This document shows positions 10,767 through 22,263 of a DNA stretch of 64,000 nucleotides, in pieces. The position numbers and the translations under genes were made by a program. Below the pieces are notes generated by a model that saw nothing but the letters and a program-made list of their open reading frames with translations, did not search any database and was not told the origin of the DNA. The DNA comes from an uncultured Alphaproteobacteria bacterium (lineage in GTDB: Bacteria > Pseudomonadota > Alphaproteobacteria > Rhizobiales > Xanthobacteraceae), in contig CAVTXS010000032.1 of the NCBI GenBank assembly GCA_963738705.1, positions 58,340 through 122,339 on the forward strand, written 5' to 3'. The first letter of the stretch is position 1. Each line of letters starts with the position of its first letter.

Positions 10767-11024
10767 TCAAGATATGGGCCGCGGTCGGGCAATCCCAATG
10801 GGCGTGGTGAGTGCGAAGCGAATCGCCCGGCCTCAGCGCTTGCGGACGAAGCGCGGAATCGAGCCGCTGTCCTTGCGCTCAGGCTGGACTGCTTGATGCC
10901 CGGCGATGCATCGCGACCGCACACCTGATCGGCGCAGCGGTCATCGTTCGCGGCGGTGGTTCATCGTCTGGCGCGCAAGGCAGAGGCGGCGCGAGGAGCC
11001 GTCGCGCCGCCGTCCCCTCCAAAC

Positions 11025-11630
11025 TCACGCCACGCGACGCACGTCGCGCCAGCTCTTGAGCGATTCCCAGATCCGCCGCTCGAGCCGGAATCGATCGATC
11101 GGCGCGGAACTCGCGATCGCCCGGATGCGATAGAGGCCGACCCCGGTCCACTGGAAGCCGCATTTCTCCAACACCCGGCGCGAAGCCGGATTGGTGACCC
11201 GGGCGCCGGCATTGAGGAATTGGTAGTCGAACTCGGTGAACGCGTAGTCGATGACGGCGCGCACCGCCTCGGTCGCGTAGCCTTGACCCCAGAAGGGAAC
11301 GCCCAGCCAGTAGCCGAGCTCCGGCCCCTGACCGTCAACCGCGCCGACCCCGCACGCCCCGAGAACCGTGTCGTCCGAGTCGGTGATCAGGAACACGGTC
11401 TCGCCCCCCGGCACATTGACGCCGGCGATGAACGCCTCGGCATCCGCAAGCCGGTAAGGATGCGGAATGCGCGCGGTGTTCTCGGCGATGCGGCGATCGT
11501 TGGCGAGCGTTGCGACCGCTTTTGCGTCCCCGAGCCGCGGCGCGCGCAAGATCAGCCGCTCGGTCTCGAGGACGGGGATACATGCTCCCGCAGGGCTTCG
11601 GCGGGCCTCTCCTCCAGCAAAGTCATGCAC
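11025..11630 (-). CDS. GNAT-family N-acetyltransferase (RimJ/RimL-like)
   Basis: LETERLILRAPRLGD..., WGQGYATEAVRAVIDYAF. GTG start as tracked; the exact start is uncertain. Confidence 0.75.
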   Translation of the reverse strand: MHDFAGGEARRSPAGACIPVLETERLILRAPRLGDAKAVATLANDRRIAENTARIPHPYRLADAEAFIAGVNVPGGETVFLITDSDDTVLGACGVGAVDGQGPELGYWLGVPFWGQGYATEAVRAVIDYAFTEFDYQFLNAGARVTNPASRRVLEKCGFQWTGVGLYRIRAIASSAPIDRFRLERRIWESLKSWRDVRRVA

Positions 11631-11745
11631 GGGCTCCTTTCATGCGACGAGGGGGAGCCGGCTTGCCCGTCTCCCCTCGCGTATCGGAACCCATTCGATC
11701 CGCCGGTTCGACAAGGAAGCCGGCGGACCTATGTTGGTCTACCGG

Positions 11746-12019
11746 TTACTCGGCCGCAGCCTCCGCCATCGGACGTACCGATACGTAGGTGCGGCCCTTT
11801 GCTTTCGTATTGAACTCCACGCGACCGTTGATGAGAGCGAACAAGCGTGTGATCCGTACCGATCCCGACGTTCTGGCCGGGGTGCCATTGGGTGCCGCGC
11901 TGGCGCGCAAGAATATTGCCGGCGAGCACGATCTCACCGCCAAATTTCTTCACGCCGAGACGCCGGCCCGCACTGTCGCGGCCGTTGCGTGAAGATCCGC
12001 CTGCCTTCTTGTGAGCCAT
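11746..12019 (-). pseudogene. rpmA: 50S ribosomal protein L27, one apparent +1 frameshift (about 11842)
   Basis: [28 protein letters not shown]...GIGTDHTL is in one frame and [24 protein letters not shown] in the next. The 274 nt length is 3n+1. Confidence 0.85.
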
Positions 12020-12141
12020 CGCACGCCTATCCGTAACTCTGCTTACCTTGTACAACGATTCCGCGACGAAAGCATCCCGCCGCGGATCACTTTTTGTCGC
12101 CGCGTTTTGCGGGCTTGGCCGCCTTCTTCCTTGCCGGCGCC

Positions 12142-12605
12142 TTAGATTTCGTCGCGGCCTTCGGCTTGGCGGCTTTTTGCCTCCGGTGTCCGCTCCGCAT
12201 CGGCGGCTGCTGGTTCGGAACCCTCGCCGGCCGCGTCCTCGACCGGCTTGGCGGCAGGCTTTGCCTTCCTCTCGATCGGTGAAGGCCGCCGGCCCTCGGT
12301 CAGGATCTCGGTGATCCGCACCAAGGTGAAGTCCTGCCGGTGGCCGCGCTTGCGCCGCGAGTTCTTCCGCCGGCGCTTCTTGAACGCGATGATCTTCGGC
12401 GCAGCGCGCCTGATCGATCACCTCGCCGGCCACGGTCGCACCGGCGACCGTCGGGCGTGCCGAGCGTCGGGGTCTCGCCGCCGACCACCAGCACTTCGCC
12501 GAACTCGACCAGGTCGCCGGGCGCACCGGCGATCTTGTCGACCTTGATCATCTCGTCGGCGGCGACGCGATACTGCTTCCCGCCGGTTCTGATGACTGCG
12601 AACAT
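12142..12605 (-). pseudogene. rplU: 50S ribosomal protein L21, two apparent +1 frameshifts (about 12453 and 12403)
   Basis: [19 protein letters not shown], then [16 protein letters not shown], then [32 protein letters not shown] lie in three frames. The 464 nt length is 3n+2. Confidence 0.85.
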
Positions 12606-12820
12606 CGTTCTGATCCTCGTGTTCGATCCGGCCTCGGACCTAGGCCCGGGCCGGCTTCTTGGCAGTCGCTTGCTTATTTGTGTGTCGCCTGCGCGAAAAA
12701 GAAGCCGATCCAGCACCTGCGCGCAAAACGAACGGCGCGGAAACCCCGCGCCTTGCGGGCCGCACTATAGAAATGGTCTCGGCGCTGTCAACCGGCGTGT
12801 TTCTATCGGCTGGCGTGTTT

Positions 12821-13451
12821 CTACTGGCTCGCCCACACGATGCGGACGATCCACAGCACGTCGCCGGCGGCCAGCTGGCGATCCGGGTGCGCCTGATTGA
12901 GCGATCTGAGCTCGATCGACTTGGTGGTGCGGCGCTTGAGCTCCTTTGCCATCACGTCGCCGTCCTTGGTCTTGACCACGACACGGTCGCCGCGGCGGAT
13001 CGGCGCCGCGGCGAGACCACGATGCACGTCGCCGTCGCGGTAGGCCGGCTGCATGGAATCGCCGGAAATCTCCAGCGCATAGGCGTGCTCGTCGTCGACG
13101 GCCGGGAACGCGATCTCGTCCCAGCCGCGCCCGACCGGGAAGCCGTCATCGTCGAAATAGCCGCCGGCACCGGCCTCCGCGAAGCCGATCAGCGGCACCG
13201 CACGCGTGGCGCCGCGTGCCGCCGTCGCCGATCAGGCCGACGAAGGTGTCGATCGTGGTGCCGGTCGCCGCCAGGATCTTCGCGACCGACTCGGTCGAGG
13301 GCCAGCGCGGCCGCCCGTCCGGCGTGATGCGCTTCGACTTGTTGAAGGTCGTCGGGTCGAGGCCGGCGCGCTTGGCAAGGCCGGACGCCGAGAGCCCGGC
13401 GCGCGCCGCCAGGCGATCGACGGCATTCCAGATCTGCGCGTGCGTCAGCAT
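12821..13451 (-). pseudogene. XRE-HTH / S24 peptidase (LexA-like, phage-repressor-type) regulator, apparent frameshift near 13200
   Basis: The N-terminal HTH (MLTHAQIWNAVDRLAARAGLSASGLAKRAGLDPTTFNKSKR) and the C-terminal S24 domain (VPLIGFAEAG...EISGDSMQPAY...VVVKTKDGDVMAKEL) are in different frames. Confidence 0.7.
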
Positions 13452-13622
13452 GGCGTGATCGCCTCCCGGAAGCGGGATTCGCGCGAGACTTTTCTCCATC
13501 GTTAGGAATTATACCTGAGGTGACCCAAGTCCAGCACTGTGGCATGCGTTGACTTGCGCGGCATCATTCGGCCGCCGGTACGGTCCCGGCGCCGCCCTCG
13601 ACCCAGGCCTCGGAGTTATACC

Positions 13623-14711
13623 GTGTTCAGCCTCGTCGACCGCTTTGCCCGGCGCGCTTCTGCATGGGCTGGATCCGGAGGACGCCCACTGGCTTGCGAT
13701 CAAGGCGCTGCAGGTCGCACCGCTGCCGGCGACGCGACCGCGACGACCCGCGGCTCGAGGTCGAGGCTTTCGGGCTGAACTTTCCGCAATCCGATCGGCA
13801 CCGCAGCCGGCTTCGACAAGAACGCCGAAGCGATCGACCCGGTGCTGCGGCTCGGCTTCGGCTTTGCGGAGATCGGCACCGTGACGCCGCGCCCGCAGGC
13901 GGGCAATCCGCGTCCGCGCATGTTCCGGCTGCCGGCGGACGAGGGCGTGATCAACCGGCTTGGGTTCAACAATCAGGGCCATGCGGCCGTGCGTGCGCGG
14001 CTTGGCTGCGCGGGCCGGCCCGCACGGCATCGTCGGTCTCAATGTCGGGGCCAACAAGGATGCCGCCGACCGGGTCGCCGATTACGCGGCGGGCATCGAG
14101 GCTTTCGCCGGGCTCGCGAGCTATTTCACCGTCAACGTCTCGTCGCCCAACACGCCGGGCCTGCGCGATCTGCAGCAAGCGGCGGCGCTGGACGATCTCC
14201 TCGCGCGGGTCATGGACGCGCGCGAGCGGTTCGGCGGCCCCGCAGACGCCCGTGCTGCTCAAGATCGCACCCGACCTGACGCCTGGCGGAGATCGACGAC
14301 ATCGTCGCGGTGGCGCGGCGGCGCGCGATCGACGGCATGATCGTTTCGAACACGACCGTCGCGCGGCCGGCCGGATTGCGCGATCCAGATACGGCCCGCG
14401 AAGCCGGCGGGCTCTCGGGCCGGCCGCTGTTTGCGCTGTCGACCCGCGTGCTGGCCGAGACCTATGTGCGGGTCGAAGGCGCGTTCCCGCTGATCGGCGT
14501 CGGCGGCATCGATTCCGGCGAGACGGCACTTGAAAAGGTCCGCGCCGGCGCGACCCTTATCCAGCTCTACAGCGGGCTGGTCTATCACGGCATGGGCTTG
14601 GTGGACGAGATCAAGCGCCACCTAGCGGCGGCGGTTCCGAACGGCCGGTCCCTCGCCGACCAGATCGGCGCCGACGCGGAAGCCCGAACCACGGAGCCGT
14701 GGCCGGCATAG
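13623..14711 (+). pseudogene. pyrD: dihydroorotate dehydrogenase (quinone), 5-6 apparent +1 frameshifts
   Basis: PyrD segments walk through frames 0>1>2>0>1>2>0: LLHGLDPEDAHWLAIKAL / [15 protein letters not shown] / [49 protein letters not shown] / [30 protein letters not shown] / [12 protein letters not shown] / [11 protein letters not shown]...GGLSGRPLF..LIGVGGI. The start is uncertain. Confidence 0.85.
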
Positions 14712-14732
14712 GTCGAGCGATCCGCACGCTCC

Positions 14733-14854
14733 GCTGTCATCCCGGCCGGGCGCGAAGCGCGAAAGCCGGACCGACATACTCTTGCAATAGAGGTCCATCA
14801 CCGGCGCCAAGATGCAGGATCCCGGCCTTCGCTACGCTCGGCCGGGATGACAGC
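14733..14854. repeat. REP/MITE-like element with 16-bp terminal inverted repeats (gctgtcatcccggccg / cggccgggatgacagc)
   Basis: Perfect 16-bp inverted repeats at 14733..14748 and 14839..14854, between pyrD and the amidotransferase gene. Confidence 0.6.
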
Positions 14855-14924
14855 CGTTTAGGCCTCACAAAATCCATTCTCAGGCATAATGTAATCGAAT
14901 CGCAGCTGACCGAGACTGAGCGCC

Positions 14925-15715
14925 ATGTGCCGCTGGATCGCCTATCGGGGAGAGCCGATCGCGCTCGAGCACTATGTCACCGCGCCGAAGCACTCGCTGA
15001 TCGAGCAGCGCAGCGCGCGCTCGAGGCGGTGGCGCGCATCAATGGCGACGGCTTCGGGCTCGGCTGGTACGGCGAGCACGACGAGCCGGGCCTCTACCGC
15101 GAGGTGCGGCCGGCCTGGTCGGACGAGAACCTGCGGCATCTCTGCCGGCACATCCGCTCGCATCTGTTCTTCGCCCATGTGCGCGCCTCGACCGGCACGC
15201 CGACCACGCGCCCGAACTGCCACCCGTTCGCCCACGGGCGCTGGATGTTCATGCACAACGGCCAGATCGGCGACTGGTCGCTGATCCGCCGCAAGGTCGA
15301 GGCGCTGATTCCCGACGCCTTCTACAAGTCGCGTGTCGGCACCACCGACTCGGAAGCGGTGTTCCTGGCGATCCTCGGCGCCGGCGCGGAGGACGACCCG
15401 GTCGCGGCGACCTTCGACACGCTCGCGCGGCTGACCGAGATGGTGCGCCAGAGCGGAACGCGCGAGCCGCTGCGCTTCACGGCCGCGCTCAGCGACGGCC
15501 AAAACCTCTACGCCTTCCGCTACGTCCACAGCGGCAGCGCCAACACGCTGTACTACCGCGAGGGCGGCGCCAACGTGGTGATGGCGTCCGAGCCGCTCGA
15601 CACCGAGCGCGACTACTGGAAGCCGGTGCCGCCGGCGCACGCGATCGTCGCGCGCGCAGGCAAGCCGGTGGAACTGCGGCCGTTCCCGCAGGACGCGCGG
15701 CTGGCGGCGGAGTGA
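14925..15715 (+). pseudogene. class II (Ntn) glutamine amidotransferase, apparent frameshift near 15005
   Basis: MCRWIAYRGEPIALEHYVTAPKHSLIEQ (Cys2 nucleophile) is in one frame and ALEAVARINGDGFGLGWYG...HVRASTGTP..NCHPF..MHNGQIGDW in another. Confidence 0.75.
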
Positions 15716-15781
15716 ATCGGGGCTTCGTGCCGTCCGAGGACAGGCTCAGCGAAACCCCGGGGTCCGCCTCGTCCAGGCGGA

Positions 15782-15913
15782 TCACCAGATGCCGAAACGG
15801 ATCGGAGCCTTGACGGTATACAGAAGGGCGATGACCACGACCGAATTGACGATGGCCAGCACATAAATCCAGTGCTCGAACAGCATCACCGGCACATACC
15901 TGCGTATGTCCAT
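15782..15913 (-). CDS. possible 43-aa small membrane protein
   Basis: Below the track cutoff. Hand translation gives MDIRRYVPVMLFEHWIYVLAIVNSVVVIALLYTVKAPIRFGIW, with GGGAG 8 nt upstream of the ATG. Sits just downstream of ORF 15969..16334 on the same strand. Confidence 0.3.
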   Translation of the reverse strand: MDIRRYVPVMLFEHWIYVLAIVNSVVVIALLYTVKAPIRFGIW

Positions 15914-15968
15914 AGACGGCTCCCGGAATATCAAGGCGCCTGACGGGGCGCCCTGCCGTGGTGGGCCG

Positions 15969-16334
15969 CTATTTCACGCTGATCAGCAGTTCCGCACAGG
16001 CGCGGGCGACCGCGGTGTCCGGCGTCTTGCTGCCGGGAAGCGTCGCCCAGCCGCCCTTCTCGACAAACGTCGCCTGTTGCCACGAGGTGACCTTCTTGAG
16101 CTCGACCAGGTTCGCGTTGGAATCGGAGGCAAGCTGGAACTTGTCGACGCAGATCGGTGCGAGCGCGGCCACCACGGCGCTGCTGGCGCTTCGCTGCGCC
16201 TGCTCCTTGGCGGTGCTTCCGAGCGTCCAGCCGCCCCAATAGAAACCGACGATCATGGTCCCGATAGCGCCGATGGCGATGCCTTGCGCCAGACGGGTGA
16301 GGGATTCGCCCTGCAGAAATGAGGGAAGTTGCAT
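15969..16334 (-). CDS. hypothetical membrane protein
   Basis: 121-aa ORF with one clear TM segment (IAIGAIGTMIVGFYWGGW). No family recognised. Confidence 0.5.
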   Translation of the reverse strand: MQLPSFLQGESLTRLAQGIAIGAIGTMIVGFYWGGWTLGSTAKEQAQRSASSAVVAALAPICVDKFQLASDSNANLVELKKVTSWQQATFVEKGGWATLPGSKTPDTAVARACAELLISVK

Positions 16335-16749
16335 GAGGTTTAGCCTTTCGATGCGAGGAACGCGCCGGCCAAGCGGGCGCGCGCGCTACACGGCAGCGGG
16401 GCGGATCGCACCGGCGCCGAGCGCAGCTCGATTGGAGTGTTATTGTGCCTGCCGATGGCACCAGCGCTGCCGATTATTGGTAACGGAGACTTCGGAAGGT
16501 CCGCGCTTTATGGGCAGCTCTCGGGCGGCCGTTGCCCACCCGTCGACGCATCCTACTCTGTCGGGTACCCGACGTACAGCACAATCAGGTGCGTAGTTGG
16601 TCGGATGGGTCGACTGGCCCTCGCTGAGCGAAAACCGGCATCGCGCGCCGAAAGGACCCTGTCCCGGACTGTCGGGCCGGTGACGCATGATCTTGCTGCG
16701 TCCCGCTGGACATGCACGATGTCGTCTCGGCTGAAAGAATGAGACCGGC

Positions 16750-18349
16750 ATGCCGGAAGCACGGCGCAAGCATTTCGGGTGGGGCCGCGAGGGCGAAGGC
16801 CTCACCGGCGACGAGATCGATTTCGCGTTCGCGCGCAGCCGCGAGATCCTCAAGGCTGAACTAACCGAGGAGGTGAAGCCGCCGCGGCTCGAAGACATCG
16901 TTTGCCAGCCGCCGCGCGTCGCCCCACCCGCATCCCTCGGCGCCATCTGCAGCACGGACAAGTACGACCGCGTCGCACACGCCTACGGGCAATCGTTTCC
17001 GGACTACGTGCGCGCCCTCGCCGGCGACTACGCGGCGGCGCCGGACGTGGTCGCCTATCCGCAGAACGAGGCCGATGTCGCGGCGGTGCTCGACTGGGCC
17101 GGGGCGCAAGCAGGCGTCGGTCGCGATCTACGGCGGCGGCTCGAGCGTCGTCGGCGGGGTCGAGCCGCGCATCGACGGCAGGCGCCACAAGGCGGCGGTG
17201 ACGGTCGACCTCTGCAAGCTCGACAAGGTCGTCGAGGTCGACAAGACCTCGCGCGCCGCACTGATCGAGGGCGGCGTCTACGGGCCGGCGCTGGAAGCGC
17301 AGCTCAAACCGCACGGTCTCACGCTGCGCCACTTCCCGCAGAGTTTCGAGTACTCGACGCTCGGCGGCTGGATCGCAACCCGCTCGGGCGGCCACTTCGC
17401 GACGCTCTATACCCATATCGACGATCTCGTGGAGTCGCTGCGCGTGGTCACGCCGAAGGGCACGGTCGAGACCCGCCGCCTGCCGGGCTCCGGCGCCGGG
17501 CCTTCGCCCGACCGGCTGTTCATCGGTTCGGAAGGCATTCTGGGCGTGATCACACGGGCCTGGATGCGGCTGCAGGACCGGCCAAAATTCCGCGCCGGCG
17601 GCGCCGTGCGGTTCAGAGGCTTCTTCGCTGCCGCGCGCGCCCTGCGCGCGGTCGCCCAGTCCGGACTCCATCCGGCGAACTGCCGCATCCTGGATCCGGC
17701 CGAAGCCTACAATACCGGCGCGGGCGACGGCTCCTTCGCCGTCATGGTGCTCGCCTTCGAGTCCGGCGACCACGACGTCGGACCCTGGATGGCGCGCGCG
17801 CTCGACCTCTGCCGCGACCACGGCGGCGACACCAGTGCGGCCGGCGGAGCGCAGGCGCATCGCGAGGGCGCAGCCGAGAAATGGCGCAACGCCTTCATCC
17901 GCATGCCGTACGCCCGCGAGGTCACCGTGCCGTGGGCGATCATCAACGACACGTTCGAGACGTCGATCACCTGGGAGCGCTTCGAGACCTTCCACGATAG
18001 CGTCAAGGCCGCGACCGAAGCAGCCATTCGCGAGGCGACCGGCCGCGCCGGCTGCGTCACCTGCCGCGTCACCCACGTCTATCCGGACGGGCCGGCGCCC
18101 TATTTCACCTTCCACGCCTGCGGGCGCCACGGCGAGCTGATCCCGCAGTGGGACGCGATCAAGTCGGCCGGCCTCGACGCCGTCATCGCGGGCGGCGGCA
18201 CCGTCACGCATCATCACGCGGTCGGCCGCGACCATCGCCCGTGGTACGACCGCCAGCGCCCGCCGCTGTTCGCCGAGGCGTTGCGCGCCGCCAAGCAGGT
18301 GATGGATCCGCAGGGTCTGCTCAATCCGGGCGTGCTGATCGACTCCTGA
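16750..18349 (+). pseudogene. FAD-linked oxidase (alkyl-DHAP synthase / glycolate oxidase-like), apparent +1 frameshift near 17105
   Basis: The N-terminus (MPEARRKHFGWGREGEG...QNEADVAAVLDWA) and the remainder (VAIYGGGSSVVGGV...GSEGILGVIT...HHHAVGRDH) are in adjacent frames. The 1600 nt length is 3n+1. Confidence 0.8.
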
Positions 18350-18398
18350 TTTGAGGAGTGTGTTGCTGCGTCATTGAGGAATTGGACGGCGACAAGAA

Positions 18399-19676
18399 TC
18401 AACGCCTGTCGTCAGTCGGGCCGCCTGCACGTGCCGGCATGATCAGCCGCGCGCCTCGCTCATAGGTGATGTAGCGCCAGAACCATTCCAGAGCGACGCG
18501 CAGCCGGTTCTCGAACCCGACCAGCAGATAGATATGAATGACCGCCCACAGCACCCATGCGAGGCGGCCTTTCAGCTGCAGCCAGCCAAAATCGAACACC
18601 GCGGCATTGCGGCCGACGATCGCCGTGTTGCCGCGGTTGCGGAATCGGAATGGCGCAAGCGGTGTGCCGTCGGCGAGATTCTTGGCGAGTCCCTTGCCGA
18701 GATGCGTGCCCTGCTGGGCGGCGACTTGAGCCAGCGCCGGCAAGGGCGCGCCGTCCTCGCCCGGAGCGAGCGCGGTGTCGCCGAGCACATAGGTGTCGGC
18801 GATGCCGATGACCGACAGGTCGGGATTGACCGGGACGCGGCCGTCCTTGGAAAGCTCGACCCCGAGCCATTGGCCGGCGTTCGACGCCTGCACGCCCGCG
18901 CCCCAAATGACCGTCCCGGCCTCGATCCGCCGACCGGCAACGATCACGGCGCCCGGCTCCATGGCCTCGACCGCCTGCCCGGTCATGACGGTGACGCCAA
19001 TCCGCTGCAAGGCGGCGTGAGCGTATGCGGACAGCGCTTCCGGAAACGCCGGGAGCAGCCGTGGCCCGGCCTCGACCAGCAGGATGCGCGCGCGGCGCGG
19101 ATCGATGCGGCGGAAGTCGCGTGCCAGCGCATGGCGCGCCAGTTCCGCGACCGACCCCGCCATCTCGACCCCGGTCGGGCCGCCGCCGACCACGACCGTG
19201 GTCATCAGCACGTCCTGCTCGGCGCGGCTTTCCGCCATTTCGGCGCGTTCGAAGGCGGACAGCAATTGCCCGCGGATGGTGCGCGCCTCCTCCAGCGTGC
19301 GCGGGCCGAGCGCCAGTCGCGCCCACTCGGGATGGCCGAAATAGGAGTATTGCGAGCCGGTCGCGATCACGAGCCGATCGTACGGGAGCGTCGCCCCGCC
19401 GGCCAGCCGGACCGACCGCGCCGCCGTGTCCAGTCCCACCACCTCGCCGAGGACGATACGGATGTTCTGGTACTTGCCGAGGATACGGCGGACCGGACGG
19501 GCAATGTCGGCCGGCGACAGCGCCGCGGTCGCGACCTGATAGAGCAACGGCACGAACAGATGATAATTGTGCCGGTCGACGAGCGTCACATCGACCGGCT
19601 TGCGCCCCAACTCCTTGGCGCAGGCAAGGCCCGCGAAGCCGGCTCCGACGATCACGACACGGGGATGCTCGGCCAT
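18399..19676 (-). CDS. ndh: type II NADH dehydrogenase (NAD(P)/FAD-dependent oxidoreductase)
   Basis: MAEHPRVVIVGAGFAGLACAKEL start at 19676. A second dinucleotide fold is VVVGGGPTGVEMAG. Confidence 0.85.
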   Translation of the reverse strand: MAEHPRVVIVGAGFAGLACAKELGRKPVDVTLVDRHNYHLFVPLLYQVATAALSPADIARPVRRILGKYQNIRIVLGEVVGLDTAARSVRLAGGATLPYDRLVIATGSQYSYFGHPEWARLALGPRTLEEARTIRGQLLSAFERAEMAESRAEQDVLMTTVVVGGGPTGVEMAGSVAELARHALARDFRRIDPRRARILLVEAGPRLLPAFPEALSAYAHAALQRIGVTVMTGQAVEAMEPGAVIVAGRRIEAGTVIWGAGVQASNAGQWLGVELSKDGRVPVNPDLSVIGIADTYVLGDTALAPGEDGAPLPALAQVAAQQGTHLGKGLAKNLADGTPLAPFRFRNRGNTAIVGRNAAVFDFGWLQLKGRLAWVLWAVIHIYLLVGFENRLRVALEWFWRYITYERGARLIMPARAGGPTDDRR

Positions 19677-19831
19677 CGGACGTCTGCCCCATTCATTGGA
19701 GGACAACGAGTTGCCAGCGTGCAGCCCGCGAACCATGCCCGCAACCGGCTTCGCTGCGCAATCGTTGAGTGGCAAGCGGCAGCGCCGCATTCGCTTGCCG
19801 CTTGCGGGCCCACGATGCTAAGCCGCGCGCC

Positions 19832-21637
<1,806 letters not shown>

Positions 21638-21646
21638 ATCCGGGTC

Positions 21647-21679
21647 TTGACGTCGCGCAACACCCGTAACATGTTACGG
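21647..21679 (+). promoter_or_regulatory. candidate promoter/operator of the mazE-like operon
   Basis: TTGACG at 21647..21652 is followed by a perfect 16-bp palindrome ccgtaacatgttacgg (21664..21679), 18 nt upstream of the antitoxin ATG. Confidence 0.35.
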
Positions 21680-21696
21680 TCAGCAGGATCGCGAGC

Positions 21697-21933
21697 ATGC
21701 CGTCCAAGGCCAAGTCGTCCCGTCCGAAGAGCGCGAGCGAGCGCATGCGCGCCCGGCGCCAGCGGCTGCGCGCGCAAGGCTTACGGCCAGTGCAGTTTTG
21801 GGTGCCCGATCTGCGCAATCCGCGCGTGAGGGCAGCGATCCGACGGGAAGCGGCAACGTTGTCGCGGCATCCCGACAATGCTGCGATCGATGAATGGATC
21901 GAAGCCGCCTACGATCCAAGTGACCGACCGTGA
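21697..21933 (+). CDS. MazE-like antitoxin (DUF3018 family)
   Basis: 78 aa, ...ERMRARRQRLRAQGLRPVQFWVPDLRNPRV... The stop overlaps the toxin start (GTGA). Confidence 0.7.
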   Translation: MPSKAKSSRPKSASERMRARRQRLRAQGLRPVQFWVPDLRNPRVRAAIRREAATLSRHPDNAAIDEWIEAAYDPSDRP

Positions 21934-22259
21934 GGCGCGGCAATGTAGTGCTCATGGTTGTCCCAGGCGATTTGGGTAAGCCGCGTCCGGGCGTAATCGT
22001 GCAAGCCGACGGGCTCGGCGACGCCACAACCAGCGTGTTGGTTTGTCCGGTATCCTCGGATGTGCGTGAAGGCATGTATATTCGGCCGATTGTCGAGCCC
22101 TCTTCCGACAATGGGCTCCGCCTGACGTCTCAGGTCATGACCGACAAATTGCTTGCGCTCCGCCGCGATCGCATCCGCCGCGTGATCGGTCGTCTCGATC
22201 CGGCAGCGCGTGGCGCGCTCGATCGCGCGCTGCTGGTTGTCCTCGGACTGACGCGCTAA
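21930..22259 (+). CDS. PemK/MazF-family type II toxin (mRNA interferase)
   Basis: 109 aa, RRGNVVLMVVPGDLGKPRPGVIVQAD...VCPVSSD...LTSQVMTDKLLAL. Confidence 0.8.
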   Translation: MRRGNVVLMVVPGDLGKPRPGVIVQADGLGDATTSVLVCPVSSDVREGMYIRPIVEPSSDNGLRLTSQVMTDKLLALRRDRIRRVIGRLDPAARGALDRALLVVLGLTR

Positions 22260-22263
22260 CTAA

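Noticed and set aside
12821-13451. The S24-peptidase regulator as the SOS repressor LexA.
   Set aside because: The N-terminus is an XRE/phage-repressor-type HTH rather than the LexA winged helix. I saw no GTTC-N7-GTTC alphaproteobacterial SOS box near it. It is called a LexA-like S24 regulator only.
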